From: Patescibacteria group bacterium
Lineage (GTDB): Bacteria; Patescibacteriota; Minisyncoccia; Phycocordibacterales; UBA9973
DNA length: 52,714 nucleotides
NCBI GenBank assembly: GCA_040388575.1
Contig: JAZKBO010000003.1
Location: 1 to 52,714, forward strand
Direction: 5' to 3'
Position 1 is the first letter of the stretch, and each line of letters opens with the position of its first letter. Position numbers and translations under genes: made by a program. Under the pieces are notes generated by a model. That model saw only the letters and a list, made by a program, of their open reading frames with translations. It made no database searches and was not told the DNA's origin. Below, piece by piece: positions 8,883 to 17,701 of this stretch.

Positions 8883-10097
8883 ATGGCAGATCAAGATGAC
8901 AACTTAATGGAGAAAATAGTTTCACTCTGCAAGCGTCGCGGCTTTGTCTTTCAAGGTTCTGAAATTTATGGCGGCCTCGCCGGTACCTACGACTGGGGCC
9001 ATTTTGGCGTTGCGCTGAAAAATAATATCAAGCAAAATTGGTGGAAGAAATTTGTGGAGGCTAGACGCGATATGTATGGCGTAGATGCAGCCATCCTTAT
9101 GAATGGCAAGGTCTGGGAGGCTACGGGCCACGTCGCTAACTTTGCTGACCCACTCGACGGAAAAGCCTTTAATACTATGCTTAAAACCCAAGTGGGAGCA
9201 CTAAAGGACGAAGTTACTACGTCGTATCTGCGCCCTGAAACTGCCCAGGGCATGTTCGTAAATTTTAAAAATACCGTGGATGCTTTTCACCCCAAGTTGC
9301 CATTCGGTATGGCGCAAATAGGTAAAGCTTTCCGGAACGAAATTGCGCCGCGAGATTTCCTTTTCCGTCAGAGAGAGTTCGAACAGATGGAAATAGAATA
9401 TTTTATCAGAAGCGAAGATTGGGAAAAATATTTCGAATATTGGAAAGACGAAATGATGTCATGGATGGAAGAAGTAGGAATCGACATGAGTAAAGTCCAT
9501 GAGCTTGATGTCGAGGAGAAAGATCGCGCGCACTATTCCAAAAAGACAATAGATTTTGAATTTGATTATCCATTCGGGCGCAAAGAACTTTTCGGACTTG
9601 CTTACCGTACTGATTTCGATTTAAAAACTCACAAACTTGAATATATTGATGAAGAAGGTGGTGGTAAAATCACCCCGCATGTTATTGAGCCGTCCTTCGG
9701 CGTGGATCGCTCGGTATTGGCGGTGTTACTTTCAGCATATACGGAAGATGAAAAAGGTGGAGAAGTGCGTGAATTTTTAAAATTAAAGCCAAACATTGCG
9801 CCAGTAATTTGCGCGGTGTCGCCACTACTAAAAAATAAGCCGGAACTCGTAGAATATGCTAATACTAAAGTTTTTGCGCCGCTCAAGGAAGAGTTTGGCC
9901 GCGTAGCTTGGGATGATAATGGTAACATTGGTAAAAGATATCGCCGGCAGGACGAAATAGGCACGCCATTTTGTATTGTTATTGATTTCGATACTTTGAC
10001 TGATAATTCCGTAACTGTTCGTGATCGCGATACTGGTGAGCAAGAGCGCATCAAGGTAGAAAATTTGAAAAATTATATAAGTGAGAGGATAAGTTAG
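8883..10097 (+). CDS. glyQS: Glycine--tRNA ligase, alpha2 (eukaryote/archaea-like) type
   Basis: LCKRRGF, YLRPETAQG, GKAFRNEI, REFEQME, IEPSFGVDR, RYRRQDEIGTP. Confidence 0.96.
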   Translation: MADQDDNLMEKIVSLCKRRGFVFQGSEIYGGLAGTYDWGHFGVALKNNIKQNWWKKFVEARRDMYGVDAAILMNGKVWEATGHVANFADPLDGKAFNTMLKTQVGALKDEVTTSYLRPETAQGMFVNFKNTVDAFHPKLPFGMAQIGKAFRNEIAPRDFLFRQREFEQMEIEYFIRSEDWEKYFEYWKDEMMSWMEEVGIDMSKVHELDVEEKDRAHYSKKTIDFEFDYPFGRKELFGLAYRTDFDLKTHKLEYIDEEGGGKITPHVIEPSFGVDRSVLAVLLSAYTEDEKGGEVREFLKLKPNIAPVICAVSPLLKNKPELVEYANTKVFAPLKEEFGRVAWDDNGNIGKRYRRQDEIGTPFCIVIDFDTLTDNSVTVRDRDTGEQERIKVENLKNYISERIS

Positions 10098-10109
10098 TAT
10101 GAAATCAAA

Positions 10110-11378
10110 ATGAAGTTCAGTAAAAAAGTTCTAAATAACGGCTTAAGGGTTATTACCATTCCGATGAAGGATAATCCTACCGTTACTGTACTAGTTTTAG
10201 TAGAGGCCGGTTCAAAATATGAAGAAAAAAAGTTAAACGGTATATCTCATTTCCTCGAGCATATGTGCTTCAAGGGTACTATTAAAAGACCCAAAGCCAT
10301 AGATATCTCTAAGGAATTAGACTCTCTTGGTAGCCAATACAATGCCTTTACTGCCCAGGAATATACTGGGTATTACGCCAAGTCCGCTTCTAGGCATTTC
10401 AAGCAAATATTAGATGTCGTCTCTGATATTTACCTCAACTCCACCTTCCCGGAAGCTGAAATGCAAAAGGAAAAAGGGGTAATAATCGAAGAGATAAATA
10501 TGTATGAAGATATGCCCCAGCGACATGTGCAGGACCTATTTATGAAGTTACTTTATGGTGATCAACCTGCCGGCTGGAATATCGCAGGCGAGAAAGCCAA
10601 TATTCTTAAAATGAAGCGGGAGGATTTTACGCTTTACAAAGGTCAACATTATTTGCCGGGAGCTACTACACTTGTCGTCGCTGGTCATATTAATAAAAAT
10701 GAAGTTCTCAGAGAAGTAAAAAAGATTTTTGGCCATTTAGCGCCAGGGGTTAAGGGAGGAAAATTAAAAGTAAAAGAAAAACAACTGCAGAGTGCAGCCT
10801 TAGTAAAGTATAAAAAAACAGATCAGACTCATTTTGTGCTTGGCGTGCGGACTTTCGATTTATTTAATAAAAAAGATCCAGCTCTCTTGGTCCTGTCTTC
10901 CATTTTAGGTGGCGGTATGAGCTCACGGCTTTTCCAGAAACTTCGAGAGGAAATGGGGGTGGGATATTATGTGCGTGCGTATAATGATGTGTACACCGAC
11001 CATGGATTTCTGGAAATTTCAGCCGGAGTAGATAATAAAAGAATTGAGGAGGTTATTAAAGCAGTACTCGCCGAGTGTAAAAAATTAACCAAAGTTAAAG
11101 TTGATGAAGAAGAATTAAATAAAGTTAAGGAGTACTTAATAGGGAATATGAAGCTCTCACTAGAGTCGAGCGACGACATTGCCAACTTCTACGGCGGACA
11201 AGAATTATTAAAACGTGAATTGAAAACCTCTGATGAAAAAGCCGAGGAACTGCGCAAAGTTACTGCAACGCAAGTACAGTCACTAGCGAAAGAAATATTT
11301 AAGAATAATAAATTGAATTTGGCATTAATCGGGCCATTCCAGAACAAGGAAAAATTCTTAAAAATCTTGCATTTCTAG
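10110..11378 (+). CDS. M16 (pitrilysin-family) zinc peptidase
   Basis: HFLEH inverted zincin motif, NAFT, GGGMSSRLF..LRE. Confidence 0.93.
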   Translation: MKFSKKVLNNGLRVITIPMKDNPTVTVLVLVEAGSKYEEKKLNGISHFLEHMCFKGTIKRPKAIDISKELDSLGSQYNAFTAQEYTGYYAKSASRHFKQILDVVSDIYLNSTFPEAEMQKEKGVIIEEINMYEDMPQRHVQDLFMKLLYGDQPAGWNIAGEKANILKMKREDFTLYKGQHYLPGATTLVVAGHINKNEVLREVKKIFGHLAPGVKGGKLKVKEKQLQSAALVKYKKTDQTHFVLGVRTFDLFNKKDPALLVLSSILGGGMSSRLFQKLREEMGVGYYVRAYNDVYTDHGFLEISAGVDNKRIEEVIKAVLAECKKLTKVKVDEEELNKVKEYLIGNMKLSLESSDDIANFYGGQELLKRELKTSDEKAEELRKVTATQVQSLAKEIFKNNKLNLALIGPFQNKEKFLKILHF

Positions 11379-11414
11379 GTTTTTGATTTTGGCTATTTGT
11401 GGTATTATGTTTTT

Positions 11415-12488
11415 ATGCCACAGAGGAGCCCTATTACTAATTTATCTATAACCACCGGTAGCATGATCCGGGCTGCCCTCGTGCTCATAAGTATATTTTT
11501 AATATGGTTTTTACGTGATTTAATCTTGGTTATTTTGACTTCGATAATCATTGCTTCATTCGTGGAATCCGGGGTGCCATACTTTGAAAAAATGCGTTTA
11601 GGCCGAGTCTTTGGAGTAGTTATCTTGTATGCTGTAACCATACTGATTCTAGTAGGGCTCTTTTATCTTTTTGCACCGCTCCTCATTACCGAAATATATA
11701 ATTTTTCTAGCGCGCTTTCTACTTATGTGCCTGGAGTATATTTCTTGAATTATTTCCAAAATGAAGCCTTTTCTGGAGCTAAGGATATAGTTGCCACCCT
11801 CTCGCACAATCTTTCATTCTCTTCGCTAACTCAAGTGTCCAAAGCATTTATTGAAAATCTTTCTGGCGGATTCTTCAATACTCTCTCTATCGCTTTCGGC
11901 AGCATCTTCAACGTTGGTATGATCATACTTATTTCCTTCTACCTTTCCATTCAAGAAAAGGGCATAGAAAATTTCTTAAGAATTATTTTACCTATCGAAC
12001 ATGAGGACTACGTAGTGGATTTATGGAATCGTTCTAGCAGGAAGATCGCGTTGTGGGTGAAGGGGCAACTGTTGCTAGGCCTTGTAGTAGGAGTGCTCAT
12101 ATATCTAACTCTTTCACTCCTTGGTACCCAATACGCTCTACTCCTAGCAATAATTGCCGGTGTGATGGAGCTTATCCCATATGGCGTGCTGGTGGCCTTG
12201 ATCCCAGCTATTGCTTTTACATATCTATCAGAAGGCTTTGGGAGCGCGTTAGCTGTGGCCGGAGCTTACCTCATCGTTCATCAATTTGAAGTTTTCCTTT
12301 TTGCCCCGCTAATTATTAAAAAAATTGTCGGGCTCTCGCCGATAGTGATCATCTTGGCTGCCTTGGTGGGCTTTGAGCTAGCATCCTTCTGGGGTGTTGT
12401 GCTCTCGATTCCACTATCAATTCTAGTTATTGAATTTACCGACGATATCCAAAAACATAAAAATCTAGCCCGCAATGCAAAAAACTAG
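11415..12488 (+). CDS. AI-2E family transporter
   Basis: Multi-TM with ELIPY.G, HQ.E...P.I....VGLSP, G..L.IP motifs; ATG 11415 chosen because a TGn-TATTAT -10 lies just upstream. Confidence 0.88.
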   Translation: MPQRSPITNLSITTGSMIRAALVLISIFLIWFLRDLILVILTSIIIASFVESGVPYFEKMRLGRVFGVVILYAVTILILVGLFYLFAPLLITEIYNFSSALSTYVPGVYFLNYFQNEAFSGAKDIVATLSHNLSFSSLTQVSKAFIENLSGGFFNTLSIAFGSIFNVGMIILISFYLSIQEKGIENFLRIILPIEHEDYVVDLWNRSSRKIALWVKGQLLLGLVVGVLIYLTLSLLGTQYALLLAIIAGVMELIPYGVLVALIPAIAFTYLSEGFGSALAVAGAYLIVHQFEVFLFAPLIIKKIVGLSPIVIILAALVGFELASFWGVVLSIPLSILVIEFTDDIQKHKNLARNAKN

Positions 12489-13920
12489 TTTCTACCTAAC
12501 TACAACCCTGCCATATGTTAATGCTGATTTACACATGGGGCATGCGCTGGAGTTTGTACGGGCGGATATAATAGCAAGGTATAAAAAGCTTCAAGGCTTC
12601 GAGGTTTTTTTTAACACAGGCACTGACGAGCATGGAATGAAGATTTACGAGAAGGCATTAGCCTCCGGCAAAACTCCGCAGGAATTTGTCGATGAAAGTT
12701 TTACCAGATTTAAAGAATCAGTAAAAATCTTCGGCATGGATGAGGAAATTTTACATTTTGCGCGGACAACTAGTGTGCATCATATAAGCGCGGCTCAAGA
12801 ATTCTGGCAGCGAGTGGAAAAAAATGGATTTATTTATAAAAAAGATTACGAAGCTAAGTATTGCGTAGGTTGCGAGGAGACTAAGCACGACTCCGAAATA
12901 GTAAATGGTGAATGTATCCTCCATCCTGGACGCCCACTAGAAATTATTAAAGAAGAAAATTACTTTTTCAAATACAGCGAGTTTGGCCCGAAGCTTTTGA
13001 AATTTTATAAAGAGAATCCGAATTTTGTGGTGCCGGACTTTCGATATAACGAGATTAAGGCTTTTGTGGAGCGAGGATTACACGACTTTTCTATTTCGCG
13101 CTTAAAAGACAAGCTCCCATGGGGCATTCCAGTTTCTGGAGATGATACTCAGGTAATGTATGTGTGGTTCGATGCACTCACCAACTATATTTCTACTCTA
13201 GGCTGGCCTGAAGAGGAAGGAGACTACAGTAAATACTGGGTTAACGGTAATCCTACTCAATATTGTGGTAAAGATAATTTACGGTTCCAATCCGCAATGT
13301 GGCAGGCGATGTTGATGGCGGCAGGTGTGCCAAATTCACACCAGATCGTTATCAATGGGTTCATCACAGCGGGGGAAGGTGTAAAAATGTCTAAGACAAT
13401 TGGTAACGTGGTTAACCCCACAGAAATTGTAGCGGAATACGGTACTGACGCCTTGCGATTCTTCCTAGCCAAAGAAATTTCAAGTTTTGAAGACAGCCCC
13501 TTCACCATGGAGCGGTTTAAGGATGCGTATAATGCTGGACTGGCAAATGGGTTGGGGAATTTAGCTTCAAGAATACTTACATTATCAGAAAAATACTTAC
13601 CTCAGTGCCCCGAACTTCCAGAAAAGTCTGACCTTACAGAGTATTTTGGCATTTTAGAAACTTTCGATATAAAAAAAGCAACGGACCATGTGTGGGAAAA
13701 GATTGGAGAGCTCGACAAATCCATCCAGGAAACAGAACCGTTTAAAGTTATAAAGGTTGATGAAAATAAAGGTAAAGAATTAATTTCTGATATGGTTGTG
13801 CGTCTCTACACTATTGCTCGCATGTTGAATCCTATTATGCCCGAGACAAATACATTGTTAAAAAAATTAATTAAAGAAAATAAAAAGCCAGCGCAGCCAC
13901 TATTCATGCGCAAAGATTAA
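12475..13920 (+). CDS. metG: Methionine--tRNA ligase (short form)
   Basis: TTTLPYVN..LHMGH, GTDEHG, YVWFDAL, KMSKT. Confidence 0.96.
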   Translation: MQKTSFYLTTTLPYVNADLHMGHALEFVRADIIARYKKLQGFEVFFNTGTDEHGMKIYEKALASGKTPQEFVDESFTRFKESVKIFGMDEEILHFARTTSVHHISAAQEFWQRVEKNGFIYKKDYEAKYCVGCEETKHDSEIVNGECILHPGRPLEIIKEENYFFKYSEFGPKLLKFYKENPNFVVPDFRYNEIKAFVERGLHDFSISRLKDKLPWGIPVSGDDTQVMYVWFDALTNYISTLGWPEEEGDYSKYWVNGNPTQYCGKDNLRFQSAMWQAMLMAAGVPNSHQIVINGFITAGEGVKMSKTIGNVVNPTEIVAEYGTDALRFFLAKEISSFEDSPFTMERFKDAYNAGLANGLGNLASRILTLSEKYLPQCPELPEKSDLTEYFGILETFDIKKATDHVWEKIGELDKSIQETEPFKVIKVDENKGKELISDMVVRLYTIARMLNPIMPETNTLLKKLIKENKKPAQPLFMRKD

Positions 13921-13921
13921 T

Positions 13922-14794
13922 ATGCCAAAGTATATTGATATCCATTCCCATGTTAACTTCACCGCTTTTGATGCGGATAGAGACGAAGTAATTAAACGCG
14001 CATTAGATAATGATACTTGGGTGATCAATGTGGGTACCCAGGTGGATACTTCGCGGAAGGCGGTAGAAATGGCCAATCAATATCCTGAAGGCGTGTATGC
14101 GATTATTGGCCTACATCCGATACATACCGGCGCGTCGTATCATGATAAAAAAGAATTAGGAGAGGAGGGAGCAGAATTTACTTCACGTGGAGAAAAATTC
14201 GATAAAGAAAAATATCGCGAACTTATGAAGGATCCTAAGGTTGTAGGGATAGGGGAGTGTGGGCTCGATTATTACCGCATGGATGCCGATTCAATTGAAA
14301 AGCAGAAGCAGGCATTCATAGAACAAATCGAACTTGCGAATGAATTTAATAAACCCCTGATGCTACATATCCGCAACAATGAAAAAAAAGAATTAATAAC
14401 GGGTGAGGAAGGTAAGCCCAACGCTTACATAGACGCGCTAGAGATTTTAAAAAAGTATTCTAAGGTCAAAAGAGACATAAGAGGTGATGTGCACTTTTTC
14501 GCCGGCAGCACAGAGGAAGCTAAAGCGTTTACTGATTTCGGCTTTACCCTTTCTTTTACTGGTGTGATTACTTTTACTAAGGATTACGATGATGTTATTG
14601 CAGCAACTCCTCTAAATATGATCATGTCCGAGACAGATGCGCCGTATGTGACCCCAGCACCATATAGAGGTAAGCGTAACGAACCTAGCTATGTGCGGGA
14701 AGTCGTTAAAAAAATTGCCCTAGTGAAAGGGCTGCCAGAGGAAGAGGTAGCACAGGCTATCATAGCTACAGCCAAGCGGGTTTTCAATATATAA
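13922..14794 (+). CDS. tatD: TatD-family DNase
   Basis: DIHSH, GLHP, IGECGLDY, LHIR, ETDAPY, RGKRNEP. Confidence 0.93.
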   Translation: MPKYIDIHSHVNFTAFDADRDEVIKRALDNDTWVINVGTQVDTSRKAVEMANQYPEGVYAIIGLHPIHTGASYHDKKELGEEGAEFTSRGEKFDKEKYRELMKDPKVVGIGECGLDYYRMDADSIEKQKQAFIEQIELANEFNKPLMLHIRNNEKKELITGEEGKPNAYIDALEILKKYSKVKRDIRGDVHFFAGSTEEAKAFTDFGFTLSFTGVITFTKDYDDVIAATPLNMIMSETDAPYVTPAPYRGKRNEPSYVREVVKKIALVKGLPEEEVAQAIIATAKRVFNI

Positions 14795-14851
14795 CCATCA
14801 AAATATGCCCTTTGCTTTACTTTTATAGGGCATTTTGATAGTATGAGACAC

Positions 14852-15370
14852 ATGTCAGATAGTGAATTGGATCTACCAATTAAAGGCGAAAATGAGCCCA
14901 AGGACTCGGACAAGCGCGTTTACGAGCTTGGCTATCTTTTGGTGCCTACTATTGCCTCTGAAAATGTGCCAGCTTCCTATAGCAGCCTCAAAGATTTGGT
15001 GGTTTCCTTCGGCGGCGAGGTAATAGCTGATGAAATACCTAAGAATATCCAGCTTGCGTATACAATTACGAAGGTGGTAACTAACGTGCGCACTAAATAC
15101 AATTCTGCATATTTCGGTTGGATTAAATTTTTTATGGATCCAGAGAAAGTTTTAGAATTGAAGAAAAAGGTAGACCTTTCCCCTGAAGTAATGCGATTCC
15201 TCCTCTTAAAGACAGTTAAAGAAAACACAATTGCTACCAAGAGGTTTGTCGGCCGCGATTCAGCATACCGTCGCCCTTCAGCTACTCATAAAACTACGGA
15301 TACAGAGGAAGCAGCACCAATTAATAAGGAGGAAATCGATAAAGAGATCGATGCTATGGTAGCAGTGTAA
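14852..15370 (+). CDS. rpsF: 30S ribosomal protein S6 with N- and C-terminal extensions
   Basis: YELGYLL..., LAY.I, VMRFLL; position in rpsF-ssb-rpsR. ATG 14843 overlaps the -10 box, so 14852 is preferred. Confidence 0.88.
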   Translation: MSDSELDLPIKGENEPKDSDKRVYELGYLLVPTIASENVPASYSSLKDLVVSFGGEVIADEIPKNIQLAYTITKVVTNVRTKYNSAYFGWIKFFMDPEKVLELKKKVDLSPEVMRFLLLKTVKENTIATKRFVGRDSAYRRPSATHKTTDTEEAAPINKEEIDKEIDAMVAV

Positions 15371-15383
15371 ATTAAGAAATAAT

Positions 15384-15842
15384 ATGTATTTAAACAAAGC
15401 AATCATTATAGGCAACTTGACCCGCGACCCAGAACTCCGCTCCCTACCAGGAGGCACGAAGGTGTGTTCGTTTTCAGTAGCAACTAACCGCGTCTGGAAG
15501 GATAAAAATGGTGCTAGGCAAGAAGCTGCAGACTACCACAATGTTGTAGTTTTCGGCCGCCAAGCAGAGACAGTAGCGCAATACATGAAAAAGGGCAGTT
15601 CAATTTTAGTTGAAGGCCGCATGCAGACAAGGAGCTGGGATGATAAGACTAGTGGGGAAAAGAAGTACCGCACTGAAGTAGTTGCCGACCGCACCCAATT
15701 TGGGCCAAGAGGGGGCGAAGGAAATCAGGGTGGTGGCAAAGCTCCATCCGCTGGAGCTCCGAAGGCCGCAGCAGGCTCCGAGGACGTAGACGCTATTGAA
15801 TATCCTGAAGAAGACATTAGCCCTGAAGACATCCCATTTTAA
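15384..15842 (+). CDS. ssb: Single-stranded DNA-binding protein
   Basis: NKAIIIGNLTRDPELR, VEGRMQTRSW, acidic EDIPF tail. Confidence 0.97.
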   Translation: MYLNKAIIIGNLTRDPELRSLPGGTKVCSFSVATNRVWKDKNGARQEAADYHNVVVFGRQAETVAQYMKKGSSILVEGRMQTRSWDDKTSGEKKYRTEVVADRTQFGPRGGEGNQGGGKAPSAGAPKAAAGSEDVDAIEYPEEDISPEDIPF

Positions 15843-15859
15843 TAAAAAATATTAATTAT

Positions 15860-16060
15860 ATGAAACAAGATTACTTTTCTGCAAATAATATAAAATACAT
15901 CGATTACAAGGATATTGAAATCCTCAAGAAATTTCTAAATCCTAACGGTAAGATCGTGGGCCATAGGCGCACAGGGGTAACTTCCAAGAATCAGCGCGCC
16001 CTCGCTGCTGCTGTTAAGCATGCTCGTTTCCTCGGCCTTCTTCCTTTCGTTGCTAAATAG
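15860..16060 (+). CDS. rpsR: 30S ribosomal protein S18
   Basis: IDYKD..L.KF....GKI..RRTG....QR....AVK.AR.LGLLPF. Confidence 0.96.
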   Translation: MKQDYFSANNIKYIDYKDIEILKKFLNPNGKIVGHRRTGVTSKNQRALAAAVKHARFLGLLPFVAK

Positions 16061-16642
16061 TTAGACTCTTTCTACGTAAGCACCCTCCTCAGTATTTATA
16101 GAAACCGTATCGTTTTCGTTGATGAACATTGGCGCGTTTATGGTGGTGCCATTCTCAAGTGTGATAACTTTGTTGCCGCCCTTGCTCGTATCACCACGTA
16201 CTGCCGGCGGAGCTTCTTTGACTTTGAAATTCATTTTAATAGGCAAGGTTATTTTTATTATTTTCTCTTCTTCCTCATCGTTGGTCCACACCAAGGCGGT
16301 GACGTTTCCATTAGCTTTTAGGAATTTTGCAGCATTACCCATGAGCGCTTCGTCTAATTTAAATCTATCGGCTTTATTATTCGGATCACAAAACCAATAC
16401 TCGCCCTTGTTTGTATATAAAAAGGTAACTTCCTTCTTCTCGATATCAGCTTCATCAGCGGACTCGGATACGTGGTAAGTAGCCGCAATAGTTTTACCAG
16501 AAATAAGGCTCTTGAGCTTCACTTGGTTCTGTGGTTTACGCTGCTGGGTGCGGGCTACATGGCTCTCCACCACTTCTGCGGGCTCACCATCGTAAATTAT
16601 TATTTTCTTTTCGCGGATTTCGCTGTATTCCAGTTTTGACAT
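16061..16642 (-). CDS. efp: Elongation factor P (atypical tip loop)
   Basis: VKLKSLISG, PAVRGDT.KGG.K..TLENG....P.FI..., YVER C-terminus. Confidence 0.9.
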   Translation of the reverse strand: MSKLEYSEIREKKIIIYDGEPAEVVESHVARTQQRKPQNQVKLKSLISGKTIAATYHVSESADEADIEKKEVTFLYTNKGEYWFCDPNNKADRFKLDEALMGNAAKFLKANGNVTALVWTNDEEEEKIIKITLPIKMNFKVKEAPPAVRGDTSKGGNKVITLENGTTINAPMFINENDTVSINTEEGAYVERV

Positions 16643-16681
16643 AGTTCCTAGAATATACCGTATTTAATGGATAATTTCCAC

Positions 16682-16710
16682 TTGACAGTAGCGCTGTCTG
16701 CAAGTATGGT
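16682..16710 (+). promoter_or_regulatory. sigma70-type promoter of first TraR/DksA-like gene
   Basis: TTGACA-17 nt-TATGGT, followed by SD GAGGAG (16718-16723). Confidence 0.65.
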
Positions 16711-16733
16711 AAAAAGAGAGGAGTAGTGAACAC

Positions 16734-17114
16734 ATGGTCGTGAAGAAGAAAGAAGATACGCGTAAGGCTGAACTTAAGAGAATTTTGCTCGCCCATCGAA
16801 GCGTGGCGGACGGCAAGATGAAAGATAAGATTGCTGAAACGCGCCAGGCGGGTAAGGGCGAGAAAATCGCTGACGAATGGCATGGTTCGGCGGACGACAT
16901 CAGCCCCCAGCTGGGTCAGGCGCTCTACGAGGAACTTCTGGTCATCGACGCCGCTCTCGGGCGTCTCGAGCAGGACCTCTATGGTCGGTGCTCCGAATGC
17001 GGGCAGGATATCGAAATGAAACGTCTCAATGCATTACCTTTCGCCATTCGGTGCAAGATGTGCGAAGAGGATCACGAAGAAGCTGTCAAAGCGCTTAGAA
17101 GGAAAAGGAGGTAA
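16734..17114 (+). CDS. TraR/DksA-family C4 zinc-finger protein
   Basis: IDAALGRL...YGRCSECG..I...RL.ALPFA.RC..C. Confidence 0.85.
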   Translation: MVVKKKEDTRKAELKRILLAHRSVADGKMKDKIAETRQAGKGEKIADEWHGSADDISPQLGQALYEELLVIDAALGRLEQDLYGRCSECGQDIEMKRLNALPFAIRCKMCEEDHEEAVKALRRKRR

Positions 17115-17115
17115 C

Positions 17116-17159
17116 GGACCGGACAAAGCAGGGGACTGCTTGCCGGTCCCTTTGCTTTT
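17116..17159 (+). terminator. Terminator-like hairpin with an alternative fold
   Basis: AAAGCAGGGGAC/GTCCCTTTGCTTT stem, or alternatively GGACCGG/CCGGTCC. Confidence 0.55.
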
Positions 17160-17176
17160 ATATAAATATCATTAAT

Positions 17177-17205
17177 TTGACAATCTAAATTTTAGAAAGT
17201 ATTGT
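17177..17205 (+). promoter_or_regulatory. sigma70-type promoter of second TraR/DksA-like gene
   Basis: TTGACA-17 nt-TATTGT, then GGGAG (17212-17216). Confidence 0.65.
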
Positions 17206-17225
17206 TTAGTTGGGAGATGATCCTC

Positions 17226-17648
17226 ATGACACCGAAATCGAACGCAGACGCGCGTTATGCTGAACTCAAGCGCATCCTGGAAGAGCGCCGGAGGGAAATC
17301 CTCGCTGACGTACGGAAGAAGATGGAGGATGCGGGCAAGCCTGTGACTGAGGGCGCTACACTTGACCCCGCTGTTGTCGACGAAGCCGACATAGAGGACG
17401 ACATCGAATTCGCGATGATCCAGATGAAGGCGGAGACGCTGCAGAAGATCAACGAGGCGCTGCAGCGGCTCGATGAAGGCAAGTTCGGCTACTGTTTCAA
17501 GTGCGGCGACGAAATCAACGAACGGCGGCTCCGCGCATTACCATTCGCGCTGCGTTGCAAGGACTGCGAGGAAGAGCGCGAGATAGCTGAGCTACGCGAA
17601 AGGCAAGGCACTCGACGATCCAAGGGGTTTATCCTCGACCTCAACTAG
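17226..17648 (+). CDS. TraR/DksA-family transcriptional regulator (C4 zinc finger, coiled coil)
   Basis: INEALQRLDEG.FGYCFKCGDEI..RRLRALPFA.RCKDC; start 17226 or 17217. Confidence 0.9.
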   Translation: MTPKSNADARYAELKRILEERRREILADVRKKMEDAGKPVTEGATLDPAVVDEADIEDDIEFAMIQMKAETLQKINEALQRLDEGKFGYCFKCGDEINERRLRALPFALRCKDCEEEREIAELRERQGTRRSKGFILDLN

Positions 17649-17656
17649 ACGATCAT

Positions 17657-17701
17657 GAACCGGTAAGGAGCAGGAAATGCCCTACCGGTTTCCTGCTTTT
17701 T
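17657..17701 (+). terminator. Terminator-like hairpin with an alternative fold (between dksA-like gene and convergent recA)
   Basis: AGCAGGAAA/TTTCCTGCT plus T-run, or alternatively AACCGGT/ACCGGTT. Confidence 0.55.

Noticed and set aside
14801-14836. Inverted repeat ATGCCCT/AGGGCAT upstream of rpsF as an S6:S18 leader
   Set aside because: It lies upstream of the predicted -10 box of an apparently leaderless rpsF; it is more simply a tatD terminator-like hairpin and cannot be assigned without a covariance search.
16650-17700. Prophage, integron or IS as the carrier of the DksA-like genes
   Set aside because: No integrase, transposase, terminal repeats, target duplication or attC-type RYYYAAC/GTTRRRY ends could be identified.
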